A DNA stretch of 64,000 bases from an uncultured Gemmatimonadaceae bacterium (GTDB lineage: Bacteria; Gemmatimonadota; Gemmatimonadetes; Gemmatimonadales; GWC2-71-9): NCBI GenBank assembly GCA_964348295.1, contig CAYGBV010000064.1, positions 91,739-155,738 of the forward strand, written 5' to 3'. Shown piece after piece: positions 56,081-64,000 of this stretch (the first letter of the stretch is position 1; the number at the start of each line of letters is the position of its first letter). The notes under the pieces were generated by a model that worked only from the letters and a program-made list of their open reading frames with translations, was not told the DNA's origin and searched no databases. Position numbers and translations under genes: made by a program.

Positions 56081-57232
56081 CTACGGCGCCCTCCACTCCG
56101 ACAGCACCTGCGCCACCAGCTCTGCGTTGTTCTCCGTGCGCTCCATGAGGCGCAGCAGCTCCTGCATTGCATCGGCGGAGGGAGCGGTCGCGAGGTGATG
56201 GCGCAGCGTGCGGGCCGCCTCGAGCGCCTCGGGTGAGAGCAGGCGCTCCTCCCGCCGCGTGGCGCTGGCGTTCAGGTCGATGGCCGGATAGATACGCCGC
56301 TCGGCCAGCTCGCGGCTCAGCACGATCTCGCTGTTCCCGGTGCCCTTGAACTCCTCGAAGATCACCTGATCCATCTTCGATCCGGTGTCGATGAGCGCGG
56401 TCCCGATGATGGTTAGCGAGCCGCCGCCCTCGCGTGGAACGATGTTGCGGGCGCTGCCCAGGAACCGCTTGGGCTTCTCCATCGACTGCGCGTCGAGCCC
56501 ACCCGAGAGCGTGCGGCCGGAGCCCTTCTCCAAGGTGTTGTACGCCCTGGCCAGGCGCGTGATGGAGTCGAGGATTATGACCACGTCCTCGCCGAGCTCG
56601 ACGCGCCGCCGCGCGCGCTCCAGGGTGAGCTCGGCCACCGCCGCGTGCCGGCTCGCCGGGAAGTCGAAGGTGGAGGCGATGACCTCGCCGTAGCCGCACG
56701 ACTCCATCTCCGTGACCTCCTCCGGACGCTCGTCCACCAGGAGGACCAGGAGCGTGGCATCGGGCCGGTTCTTCGCGATGCCCTCGGCCAGCGCCTGGAG
56801 CACCATGGTCTTGCCGGCCTTCGCGGGCGCCACGATCATGGCTCGCTGCCCCAGTCCGAGCGGGCAGATGATGTCGATGATGCGGTTGGTGTAGTCGGGC
56901 CCGCCGAGTCGGGTGAGCCCGCAGTCGAGGACGAGCTGCTCGCTCGGGTGGATGGCCGTTAGCTCGCTGAAGCGAGGGCGGCCGTTGACCTCTCCGGGCG
57001 GCCGGCCAATCACGCTGGCGACGCTGGTGAGGGAGCGGCTCTTCCCCCGGCCCTTCGCCTTGGCCGTCTCGCCGGCGAGCTCGTCGCCGGTCCTCAGGCC
57101 GTGCTGTTGAATCAGCCTGCGGCCGACGTGAATGTCGCCGCTGCCGGGCAGGTATCCATTCCCCCGACGGCGGATGAAGCCGGCGCCTTTGGGCGTTACG
57201 TCGAGGATGCCGAGAGAGTTCTGATCTGTCAC
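56081..57232 (-). CDS. rho: transcription termination factor Rho (short N-terminus)
   Basis: CSD-like GILDVTPKGAGFIRR, P-loop VAPAKAGKT, LLVDERPEEVTEM, DSITRLARAYN and TALIDTGSKMD. The start is GTG 57232 (AGGA 8 nt upstream) or ATG 57289. Confidence 0.9.
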   Translation of the reverse strand: MTDQNSLGILDVTPKGAGFIRRRGNGYLPGSGDIHVGRRLIQQHGLRTGDELAGETAKAKGRGKSRSLTSVASVIGRPPGEVNGRPRFSELTAIHPSEQLVLDCGLTRLGGPDYTNRIIDIICPLGLGQRAMIVAPAKAGKTMVLQALAEGIAKNRPDATLLVLLVDERPEEVTEMESCGYGEVIASTFDFPASRHAAVAELTLERARRRVELGEDVVIILDSITRLARAYNTLEKGSGRTLSGGLDAQSMEKPKRFLGSARNIVPREGGGSLTIIGTALIDTGSKMDQVIFEEFKGTGNSEIVLSRELAERRIYPAIDLNASATRREERLLSPEALEAARTLRHHLATAPSADAMQELLRLMERTENNAELVAQVLSEWRAP

Positions 57233-57263
57233 AGATTTAGTCCTATCGCACTTCGATGTTGAG

Positions 57264-58256
57264 CTACTGGGGCAGGCGCGCCCGCCCAATCGTGTTGGCG
57301 TCGGTCCCGAACCAGACCGTGCGCGTCTCCTGGTGGAAGTACATGTGCCGCACCGTCCCGCCGCCGCTCTCGATCTCCGTCACGCTGAAGAACTCCTGGG
57401 TGGCAGGGTCGAAGCCCACGAACCGGTTGGGATCGGGGCCCGACTCCACGAACCAGAGACGGTCCCGGTCGTCTACGGCCATGCCGTAGGCCCGGGCGCT
57501 GCTGCCGCCCGGCGCCGCCCAGTTCTGCACCGAGCCGGTCGTCGGGTCGAGCCGTCCCAGAAAGCCGAGGCTGTAGTCCACGTACCACACCATGCCGTCG
57601 GAGGTCACTTCCAACCGCCGCGGCCGTGACTCCTCCATCGGGAGGACATACTCCCGCAGCTCCATTGTCGCGGGATCGACGGTGGCGATCTTGTTGGTGC
57701 CGAACTCGGCTATCCACGGACGGTTCTCCGGGTCGATGACGATGCCGTAGGGCCGCGTTGCGGGCTGCGGCATCGGTATCAGCCGTACCGCGCCGGTGCC
57801 GACGTCCAGCTTCCCCACGAAGCCGCCGTTCTGCACAGTGAACCAGATGTCGCCGTTGTGGTCGAAGACCAGCGTGTGGGGATCGCGGGCGGCGAGATCC
57901 GGCATGGGGTACTTCGTGATGGACCCGTCTTTGGGATCGAGCTTGCCGATGTGCACCGCCCGGTTCCCGGCATACCAGACGTCGCCGTCCCCGTCCACGA
58001 TCAGGTTGTGGGGTCCCGCGCCGGCGTCGAGCTCGAACCGGGTGAACTCGCCGCTCTCCGGCTCGAGGTAGGCGACGTAGTCGGCGCGCTGCCCCACGAA
58101 CCAGACCCGCCCCTGGGGGCCCACGTAGGGATCCCGGGGCCGGGTGTTCTCCCAGGGCACCTGCCATTCGGTGATCTGCACCTGCGTCACGCCCGGGTCC
58201 GGGAGGTGACTGGGCCACAGCGCGACCACGAGTAGCAGCGGCACGAGCAACTTCAT
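57264..58256 (-). CDS. secreted beta-propeller protein, Vgb (streptogramin lyase)-like repeat family
   Basis: Signal peptide, then repeated blades of about 42 aa (GPHNLIVDGDGDVWYAG, DPHTLVFDHNGDIWFTV, RPYGIVIDPENRPWIAEF, ...). Confidence 0.6.
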   Translation of the reverse strand: MKLLVPLLLVVALWPSHLPDPGVTQVQITEWQVPWENTRPRDPYVGPQGRVWFVGQRADYVAYLEPESGEFTRFELDAGAGPHNLIVDGDGDVWYAGNRAVHIGKLDPKDGSITKYPMPDLAARDPHTLVFDHNGDIWFTVQNGGFVGKLDVGTGAVRLIPMPQPATRPYGIVIDPENRPWIAEFGTNKIATVDPATMELREYVLPMEESRPRRLEVTSDGMVWYVDYSLGFLGRLDPTTGSVQNWAAPGGSSARAYGMAVDDRDRLWFVESGPDPNRFVGFDPATQEFFSVTEIESGGGTVRHMYFHQETRTVWFGTDANTIGRARLPQ

Positions 58257-58463
58257 GCGACGACCCTCTCGTCTGTGGTTACCATGGAGGCTGACCGGCG
58301 CCACGTGGCGCGCTCATCTGCGTGTGCGCCCGCGTGGAACCCCACCACACGCCGTGCGGCCGGTCTGGAGCACGGCGGGGTTCGTTCTCGGCGTTACGGA
58401 ATCCGGCGCGCCAGGCCTGCGCACCGCATCCACAGCTCTTGATCGACGGCTAGCGCCTCGGGA

Positions 58464-58685
58464 CTACGTCTTGTGTCGGAAGGTGATTCGCCCGCGCGTG
58501 AGATCGTACGGCGAAACCTCGACCGTGACCCGATCACCGGCAAGCACGCGAATCCGGTGTCGCCGCATCCTTCCGGCTATCGTCGAGAGCACGGTGTGTC
58601 CGTTCTCGAGCAACACGCGGAAGGTGGCGTTGGGCAGAACCTCCGTCACCGTCCCTTGCAGTTCAATGGCGTCTTTCTTTGCCAT
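58464..58685 (-). CDS. infA: translation initiation factor IF-1
   Basis: [70 protein letters not shown] is a near-canonical IF-1 sequence. Confidence 0.95.
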   Translation of the reverse strand: MAKKDAIELQGTVTEVLPNATFRVLLENGHTVLSTIAGRMRRHRIRVLAGDRVTVEVSPYDLTRGRITFRHKT

Positions 58686-58756
58686 GCTGCGGATCAAAGA
58701 ACGGGGCCACCCTGCTCGCGCAGGGCGGCCCCACTGCTCCTACGATACCGCTTCAC

Positions 58757-58987
58757 TCACTGAGCCTGCTGCGGTTGTTCGCTGAGCTTGACGACGTTCT
58801 CCGCCGCCGGGCCCTTCTCGCCCTGAACCATCTCGAACTCTACCCGCTCGCCCTCCTTCAGCGACCGGAAGCCGGAGCCCTGGATCGCCGAATAGTGGAC
58901 GAAGCAGTCCTTCTCCCCCTCGTCGGGCGTGATGAAACCATAGCCCTTGCCATCGTTGAACCACTTAACTACGCCGGTGATAGGCAT
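58757..58987 (-). CDS. cspA: cold-shock protein (CspA family)
   Basis: [15 protein letters not shown] (RNP1) and CFVHYS (RNP2). Confidence 0.95.
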   Translation of the reverse strand: MPITGVVKWFNDGKGYGFITPDEGEKDCFVHYSAIQGSGFRSLKEGERVEFEMVQGEKGPAAENVVKLSEQPQQAQ

Positions 58988-59108
58988 CGCTGCTACACCC
59001 TCGTGCTACTGGTCACACGCGGTTCCAACCCCCGCGCTGGGCTGCCGTCATCCGATCGCCGTTGCACCGTGCGCCGGCGATCCCGTTCCGGCCACTAGCT
59101 CCAAATGG

Positions 59109-59139
59109 AAAAAAGGGACCAGCGCGTGAGCCAGATCCC
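59109..59139 (-). terminator. hairpin + U6 (minus strand) between the membrane-protein gene and cspA
   Basis: On the minus strand, GGGAUC...(13-nt loop)...GGUCCC (one G-U pair) is followed by UUUUUU (plus-strand A-run 59109-59114). It is either the terminator of the upstream operon or an attenuator in the csp leader. Confidence 0.35.
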
Positions 59140-59246
59140 TTTGAGTGTTCCCTGGTCTTGCCGCGTATACCGCACTTCGCCTGCACTTTCGCCGCCACAG
59201 AAGGTAGCGGCCTGTCCACTTCCTGTCAAAAGGCCGGGGCCGGTCG

Positions 59247-59894
59247 TCACCCCCGCCGCCGCTCCTGCCACCAGCCCACCGCCGGAGGTAGCCAGCAGAG
59301 GTTTGCCACGATCGTCTCGAGGGCGGTGAGCACCTGGGTGGTGGGGCTGAAGCCCACGACCCGGGCCAGCAGGAGTGCCGCCGGCACCGCGAAGATCACC
59401 GCGAGCCCAGCGAGCATCACGGGGTGGCGGAAATAGGCCGCCAGCCCGGTCCTCCATGATCCCTCGCGACGTATGAGGAACGCGAGGCCCGACGCATTGC
59501 CACCGATCTGGTCGGACATGGCGTAGAAGTAGGGGATGTAGAACCCCGCCACGCCGTAGACGTCCACCCCCAGCAGGCGGCTCCCCCAGTCGATCCACCA
59601 GGGCACGGTCATTCCGAGGAGCTTGCCCCAGCCGTAGGCCTGGGCCATGCTCGCCGCCCGGCCGGCGAGCCGCTTGCGCAAGGCGAACAGTCCCTCGAGA
59701 ATGCTCTCGCCCTCTCCCGCCAGCGTGCGCACCAGCCACTGGCCCACGGCGCTGCGCTGGAAGCCCAGGGCGTCGAGGATGCCGCCCAGGACGAGCCCGC
59801 CAGCCCAGCCGGCGGCGGTGTACCGGATGAGCTCACCGAACTCCTCGGATTCCCCGTGGTGTGCCTCGTGCCGCTCGCCGGGCTCGTCAGCCAC
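59247..59894 (-). CDS. integral membrane protein, unknown function
   Basis: Four to five hydrophobic helices. The GTG 59894 start overlaps the ADH stop. I recognise no motif. Confidence 0.55.
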   Translation of the reverse strand: MADEPGERHEAHHGESEEFGELIRYTAAGWAGGLVLGGILDALGFQRSAVGQWLVRTLAGEGESILEGLFALRKRLAGRAASMAQAYGWGKLLGMTVPWWIDWGSRLLGVDVYGVAGFYIPYFYAMSDQIGGNASGLAFLIRREGSWRTGLAAYFRHPVMLAGLAVIFAVPAALLLARVVGFSPTTQVLTALETIVANLCWLPPAVGWWQERRRG

Positions 59895-60894
59895 CGGCGC
59901 TCGTCTCCTGTTGCACCACCAGCACTGCCGCACCACGCACGTTGCCGCTGCGCAGGTCGTCGAGCGCCTGGTTGGCCGCGCTCAGGGGGTAGGGCTGCAC
60001 CTCGGTCTGGACGGGGACCTGCGGCGCCACCTCGAAGAACTCCTCGCCGTCGCGCCGCGTCAGGTTGGCCACGGAGCGCACGAGGCGCTCACCCCAGAGT
60101 GTGTCGTAGGAGAAGGGGGGGATCTCGGACATGTGGATGCCGCCGCACACCACGCTGCCGCCCTTGACCACGACGCGGAGCGCGGCGGGGACGAGACTCC
60201 CCACGGGCGCGAAGATGATGGCCGCGTCGAGGGACTCGGGCGGCGTCTCATCGGAGCCACCGGCCCACTCGGCGCCGAGGCTGCGGGCGAAGGCCTGTCC
60301 CTCCGCATCCCCGGGCTTGGTGAAGGCGAAGACGCGCCGACCCTGGTGCCGCGCGACCTGCGTGATGATGTGGGCGGCGCCCCCGAAGCCGTAGATCCCG
60401 AGCCGCTCCGCGTCGCCGGCCGCGCGGTAGGAGCGGTAGCCGATGAGCCCGGCGCACAGCAGCGGCGCGGCCTGGAGGTCGGGGTAGCCCTCGGGGATGG
60501 TGAAGCAGTAGCGCTCGTCGGCGACCGCGAACTCGGCGTAGCCCCCGTCGAGGTGGTAGCCGGTGAACCTGGCTTCGTCGCACAGGTTCTCGCGCCCCGT
60601 CCGGCAGTACGCGCACGTGCCGCACGTCCATCCGAGCCACGGGACTCCCACCCGGTCCCCCACCGCGAACCGCTCCACACCGTTCCCGACCTCGACTACT
60701 GTGCCGACGATCTCGTGTCCCAGGACCAGGGGGAGCTTTGGATCGGTCAGGTCGCCGTCCGCCACGTGGAGGTCGGTGCGGCACACCGCGCAGGCGCGCA
60801 CCTCGAGCAGCACCTGCCCGCGTCCGGGACTCGGCGTCTCGATGGTTGCCTCGCGCAGGGGCGTTCCCGCGCCCTCGAGCAGCATCGCGCGCAT
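59887..60894 (-). CDS. zinc-dependent alcohol dehydrogenase (MDR family)
   Basis: [21 protein letters not shown] (zinc-ADH signature), the structural-zinc Cys cluster [15 protein letters not shown], and GFGGAAH. Confidence 0.88.
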   Translation of the reverse strand: MRAMLLEGAGTPLREATIETPSPGRGQVLLEVRACAVCRTDLHVADGDLTDPKLPLVLGHEIVGTVVEVGNGVERFAVGDRVGVPWLGWTCGTCAYCRTGRENLCDEARFTGYHLDGGYAEFAVADERYCFTIPEGYPDLQAAPLLCAGLIGYRSYRAAGDAERLGIYGFGGAAHIITQVARHQGRRVFAFTKPGDAEGQAFARSLGAEWAGGSDETPPESLDAAIIFAPVGSLVPAALRVVVKGGSVVCGGIHMSEIPPFSYDTLWGERLVRSVANLTRRDGEEFFEVAPQVPVQTEVQPYPLSAANQALDDLRSGNVRGAAVLVVQQETSAGG

Positions 60895-60895
60895 C

Positions 60896-61294
60896 TCATC
60901 CCCCTCGCTTGAACCGGTCGATCAGGCGGCGTTCCTTCTTGGTCGGGCGACCCTTGCCTTCGAAGGTGGCGGCCGGCTGATGCTTGAGCTGAGCGCGCAG
61001 CGTTTCGCGGGCGTGCACACTCTCCGGTGTCTCCTCATACAGGGTCTGAGCAACCTTGGCGGGCCCGCGATGCTCGGAGAGCGCCAGCACCGTCACGATG
61101 AACTCGTAGGGCGGCTTCCGGATCCGCAGCAGGTCGCCGACCTCGATGAGCTTGGATCGCTTCACCCGCGCGCCATTGACCTGTGCCTTGCCGCCGTCGA
61201 TGGCCTCCGCCGCCAGCGAGCGCGTCTTGTAGAATCGGGCGGCCCACAGCCAGCGGTCCAGACGGACCTTGTCCGGGCAGGGCTCACCAGTCAT
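60896..61294 (-). CDS. hslR: ribosome-associated heat-shock protein Hsp15 (S4 RNA-binding domain)
   Basis: VRLDRWLWAARFYKTRSLAAEAIDGGKAQVNG is an S4-domain pattern, and the size (132 aa) fits. Confidence 0.8.
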   Translation of the reverse strand: MTGEPCPDKVRLDRWLWAARFYKTRSLAAEAIDGGKAQVNGARVKRSKLIEVGDLLRIRKPPYEFIVTVLALSEHRGPAKVAQTLYEETPESVHARETLRAQLKHQPAATFEGKGRPTKKERRLIDRFKRGG

Positions 61295-61417
61295 CCTTAC
61301 TCACCTCGTCGTCGGCTGCATCGGTCGCTTCCTCCCTCCCGGCCGCCGGTGCCCGGCGATGCGACCCGTAAAGATACGGGCGCACAACTGGTTCAGCATA
61401 TCTGGAGGAACTTCTCG

Positions 61418-62989
61418 ATGCGGCACCGTCGGATTATGCTCGCTCTCGGCGTGGGCCTCGTGGTCTGTGCGACCGGGGCGTCGGCGCAGACGTTCCCGGT
61501 GGACGATCCGGTGATCGAGCGCATGTGGCAAGAAGGGATGGAGGAGAACTCCCAGGCGTATCGGCTCGCGCAGGCTCTGATGGACTCCGTCGGGCCCAGG
61601 CTCACGGGATCCCCGGGCTACAGGGCGGCCAACGAGTGGCTGGTCGCGATGTTCCAGAGTTGGGGCATCGAGGCCCGCAACGAGCAGTACGGCACCTGGA
61701 TGGGATGGGATCGGGGCATCACCCACATCGATCTCGTGGAGCCCAGGGTGCGCACCCTCGATGGGATGATGCTGGCGTGGAGCCCCGGTACACAGGGGAA
61801 GGTACGTGGCCCGCTCGCCGTGCTGCCGGAGGTGGCCGACTCGGCAGAGTTCGCGGCGTGGCTGCCCCAGGCCGCAGGGAAGTTCGTCCTGGTCTCGTAT
61901 CCCGAACCGACGTGCCGCACGGATGCCAACTGGGTGGAGTATGCCACCGAGGAGTCGCTCGAGCGGGTGAAGGCGGAGCGGGAGGCGGCGCGCGAGGCGT
62001 GGGACGCGCGCGTCGAGAGCACCGGCTTCAGCGACCGGACGCTCCCTGGAGCGCTGGAGGGCGCGGGAGCCCTCGGCGTCGTGTCGTCGAGCTGGCCCGG
62101 GGCTTGGGGGGTGCACCGGGTGTTCTCGGCACGCACCGAGCGGGTGCCCTCGATCACCCTGAGCTGCGAGGACTACGGCCTGCTGTACCGTCTCGCGACG
62201 TACGACCAGGGACCGGTGCTGGAGGTCGAGGCGCAGGCCACCTTCGAGGAGGGGGTCCCGGTGTTCAACACGATCGCCGAGATCCGGGGGAGTGAGAAGC
62301 CTGAGGAGTACATCGTGCTCTCGGCCCACCTGGATTCGTGGGACGGTGCGTCGGGCGCCACGGACAACGGCACCGGCACCATCACCGTGCTGGAAGCGAT
62401 GCGCATCCTCAAGGCGGCCTACCCCAACCCCAAGCGCACGATCGTGGCGGGTCTGTGGGGCGGTGAGGAGCAGGGGCTGATCGGCTCGCGGGCCTACGCG
62501 GCCGACCACCCCGAGGTCGTGGACGGCCTCCAGGCGCTGTTCAACCAGGACAATGGTACTGGGCGCATCACGCGCATCTCCACACAAGGACTCACCCGGG
62601 CCGGGGAGTACTTCGCGCGGTGGATCGCGCAGGTCCCGACCGAGATCGGCCGGCACATCGACCTGCAAGTGCCGGGACGGCCGGGAGGCGGCGGGAGCGA
62701 CTATGCCTCGTTCCTGTGCTACGGGGCTCCGTCGTTCTTCCTGTATGCGCACAGCTGGAGCTACTTCCCCTACACCTGGCACACCAACCGCGACTCGTTC
62801 GACAAGATCGTGATGGACGATCTCAAGAACAACGCGACGCTGTTCGCCATGCTGGCCTACCTGGCTGCGGAGGAGCCGGAGCGAGTGCCACGTGACCGGC
62901 GGGTGCTGCCGATCAGCGAGCGTACGGGCGAGCAGATGACCTGGCCGCAGTGCCGCGAGCCGAGACGGAGCTGGGGGGAGAGGCGCTAG
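61418..62989 (+). CDS. secreted M28-family aminopeptidase
   Basis: ATG 61418 follows GGAGGA, and a signal peptide is present. Metal-ligand region LSAHLDSWDGASGATDNGTGT and GEEQGLIGS. The track ORF start 60563 is a spurious extension. Confidence 0.82.
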   Translation: MRHRRIMLALGVGLVVCATGASAQTFPVDDPVIERMWQEGMEENSQAYRLAQALMDSVGPRLTGSPGYRAANEWLVAMFQSWGIEARNEQYGTWMGWDRGITHIDLVEPRVRTLDGMMLAWSPGTQGKVRGPLAVLPEVADSAEFAAWLPQAAGKFVLVSYPEPTCRTDANWVEYATEESLERVKAEREAAREAWDARVESTGFSDRTLPGALEGAGALGVVSSSWPGAWGVHRVFSARTERVPSITLSCEDYGLLYRLATYDQGPVLEVEAQATFEEGVPVFNTIAEIRGSEKPEEYIVLSAHLDSWDGASGATDNGTGTITVLEAMRILKAAYPNPKRTIVAGLWGGEEQGLIGSRAYAADHPEVVDGLQALFNQDNGTGRITRISTQGLTRAGEYFARWIAQVPTEIGRHIDLQVPGRPGGGGSDYASFLCYGAPSFFLYAHSWSYFPYTWHTNRDSFDKIVMDDLKNNATLFAMLAYLAAEEPERVPRDRRVLPISERTGEQMTWPQCREPRRSWGERR

Positions 62990-62999
62990 TACGACAAAC

Positions 63000-63097
63000 G
63001 GGGGACGGGGAACGGGGGACGGTGCGGCCCGTGGCCAGGAGGAGCCTCGCCGGCAGACCGATGCCTGGAGGGTCTTCCCATTCCCCATTCCCCGCCG
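63000..63097. terminator. long imperfect inverted repeat built from 7-bp-period G-tracts / C-tracts in a convergent intergenic gap
   Basis: GGGGGAC GGGGAAC GGGGGAC (63000-63020) faces CCCATT CCCCATT CCCC (63077-63093). The repeat sits between the stop codons at 62989 (+) and 63103 (-). Confidence 0.4.
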
Positions 63098-63102
63098 TGG
63101 TC

Positions 63103-63834
63103 CTACCGCACGATGCTCCCAATCGTGTCGTGATGTGAGTGCATCAACGTCCGCAGGTACGTCCCGATCCGATTCGCGGCTTCGAACCCCGCCGCCCGCG
63201 CCGCGGCGTCGGCCTGCTCCGGTGGGACGGCGTCCCCCTCCGCGTAGTGTTGCAGGTCGCGGTACACCCCGATCGTGAACGCGTCCCACGCCGCTCCGGC
63301 GGCGCGGGTGAATATGAGGTTGGTCGGGCGGCCCAGGGCCGCGAGGTAGGCGTTCTCCATCTCGCGCTCACGCAGCAGCTCCTGACGCTTGCCGGGTAGG
63401 GCGAGGAATATCTCGAGGTGGAACAGGGTTCCGCCCTCCATTAGGCCTCGCACGATCTCGGGCGGTGGCCCCTTAACGTAGAGCTCCTCGCGCCACGCTA
63501 CTCGCTCGAGCACCCGGCTCTCGAACTCCTCATCCGACACCCCCGAGCTCGCCGCGGCCGTCGCACGCCGCTCCACCTGCTCGACTGACCAGTGGTGAGC
63601 GAAGCTCCGCATCGGCCAGAGGTACATGACGTCCCACTGATCGCCTTGCCGGTGCCGCAAGACGACTGGGCGAGCCGCCCCGGCCTCATACACGGGCATG
63701 CGGTTCTGGTACAGCTGCATGACGCCGAGCAACTCACCGGGGGCGGCCCGCACGAAGAGCGCCCTGTAGAGGTAGGTGGTGTCGGCGTCGGTGGCGGCGG
63801 CCATGAGGGTGGCAGCCAGGAGCAGGAGGTGCAT
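63103..63834 (-). CDS. secreted hypothetical protein with two similar ~100-aa halves
   Basis: Signal-like MHLLLLAATLMAAA. GC3 is high. The two halves (YRALFVRAAPGELL... and FHLEIFLALPGKRQELL...) look like tandem alpha+beta-barrel-type units, which is a weak guess. Confidence 0.5.
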   Translation of the reverse strand: MHLLLLAATLMAAATDADTTYLYRALFVRAAPGELLGVMQLYQNRMPVYEAGAARPVVLRHRQGDQWDVMYLWPMRSFAHHWSVEQVERRATAAASSGVSDEEFESRVLERVAWREELYVKGPPPEIVRGLMEGGTLFHLEIFLALPGKRQELLREREMENAYLAALGRPTNLIFTRAAGAAWDAFTIGVYRDLQHYAEGDAVPPEQADAAARAAGFEAANRIGTYLRTLMHSHHDTIGSIVR

Positions 63835-64000
63835 GTCGGACTCCAGGGTGAGGGTCGATCGGCGGGACTAAGATATCTCATTGGCTCAAGGAGCGGTTGG
63901 CGCACACCGTCAAGGCGAACCTTGGCGACTGATTCACTCGGTCAACTTGCCCGTGTCCTGACCCGCTAGGTATCATGCGTCCACCATCCACGCCCTCCCA

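Noticed and set aside
60563-61417. 285-aa upstream extension of the M28 peptidase ORF
   Set aside because: It runs antisense through the ADH and hslR genes. The real start, ATG 61418, has a GGAGGA SD and a signal peptide.
61301-63289. 662-aa ORF on the minus strand, the longest unexplained ORF in the track
   Set aside because: It is antisense to the well-supported M28 peptidase gene. Its translation is Arg/Pro/Gly/His-rich low complexity with no motifs. It is a typical GC-driven shadow ORF.
1-64000. Scan for tRNA/rRNA/tmRNA-like conserved boxes (GGTTCGAATCC-type T-arms, 16S/23S signatures)
   Set aside because: Reading both strands of the intergenic regions turned up nothing convincing, and all gaps over 150 bp were inspected individually. 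A covariance-model scan would be needed for certainty.

Overview
High-GC (about 68-72% by spot counts) bacterial chromosomal window with about 52 protein-coding genes. I found no rRNA, tRNA, CRISPR array, transposase or integrase. The gene content includes four Hanks-type Ser/Thr kinases with TPR or membrane sensor tails, DUF5916-like and BamA-like outer-membrane proteins, UPF0182 and Tat-exported enzymes. This fits a Gemmatimonadota- or Acidobacteriota-like organism, which is an inference only.

The centrepiece is a 15.5 kb [NiFe]-hydrogenase supercluster at 19154-34670. It has two parts.
- A tightly coupled hypA(short)-B-F-C-D-E maturation operon.
- After a 500-bp AT-rich control region, a structural operon of distinctly lower GC. 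It encodes an HdrC-like FeS domain fused to a NarI/HdrE-like membrane cytochrome b module, and a 1495-aa HdrA-GltD/NfnB-HdrA-ferredoxin mega-fusion (HdrL-like). It also encodes MvhD, an unknown 67-aa protein, Mvh-type small and large subunits, and the maturation protease. No HdrB (CCG-domain) partner is present.

Other notable items:
- A 1462-aa AGDEF-cyclase/STAND-NTPase/HEAT protein with NLR-like effector-NTPase-sensor logic and an internal tandem duplication of about 108 aa.
- Tandem paralogous small proteins of unknown function.
- A Rho factor lacking the N-terminal helix bundle, inside an RNA-chaperone gene run (hslR, cspA, infA, rho).
- A bacterial topoisomerase IB translationally coupled to an unknown small ORF.
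- Three short gene relics in intergenic DNA: a nitrilase head, an arginase-family tail duplicated on both sides of an esterase gene, and a TPR tail.

Most long antisense ORFs in the track are GC-driven shadow ORFs and were rejected.
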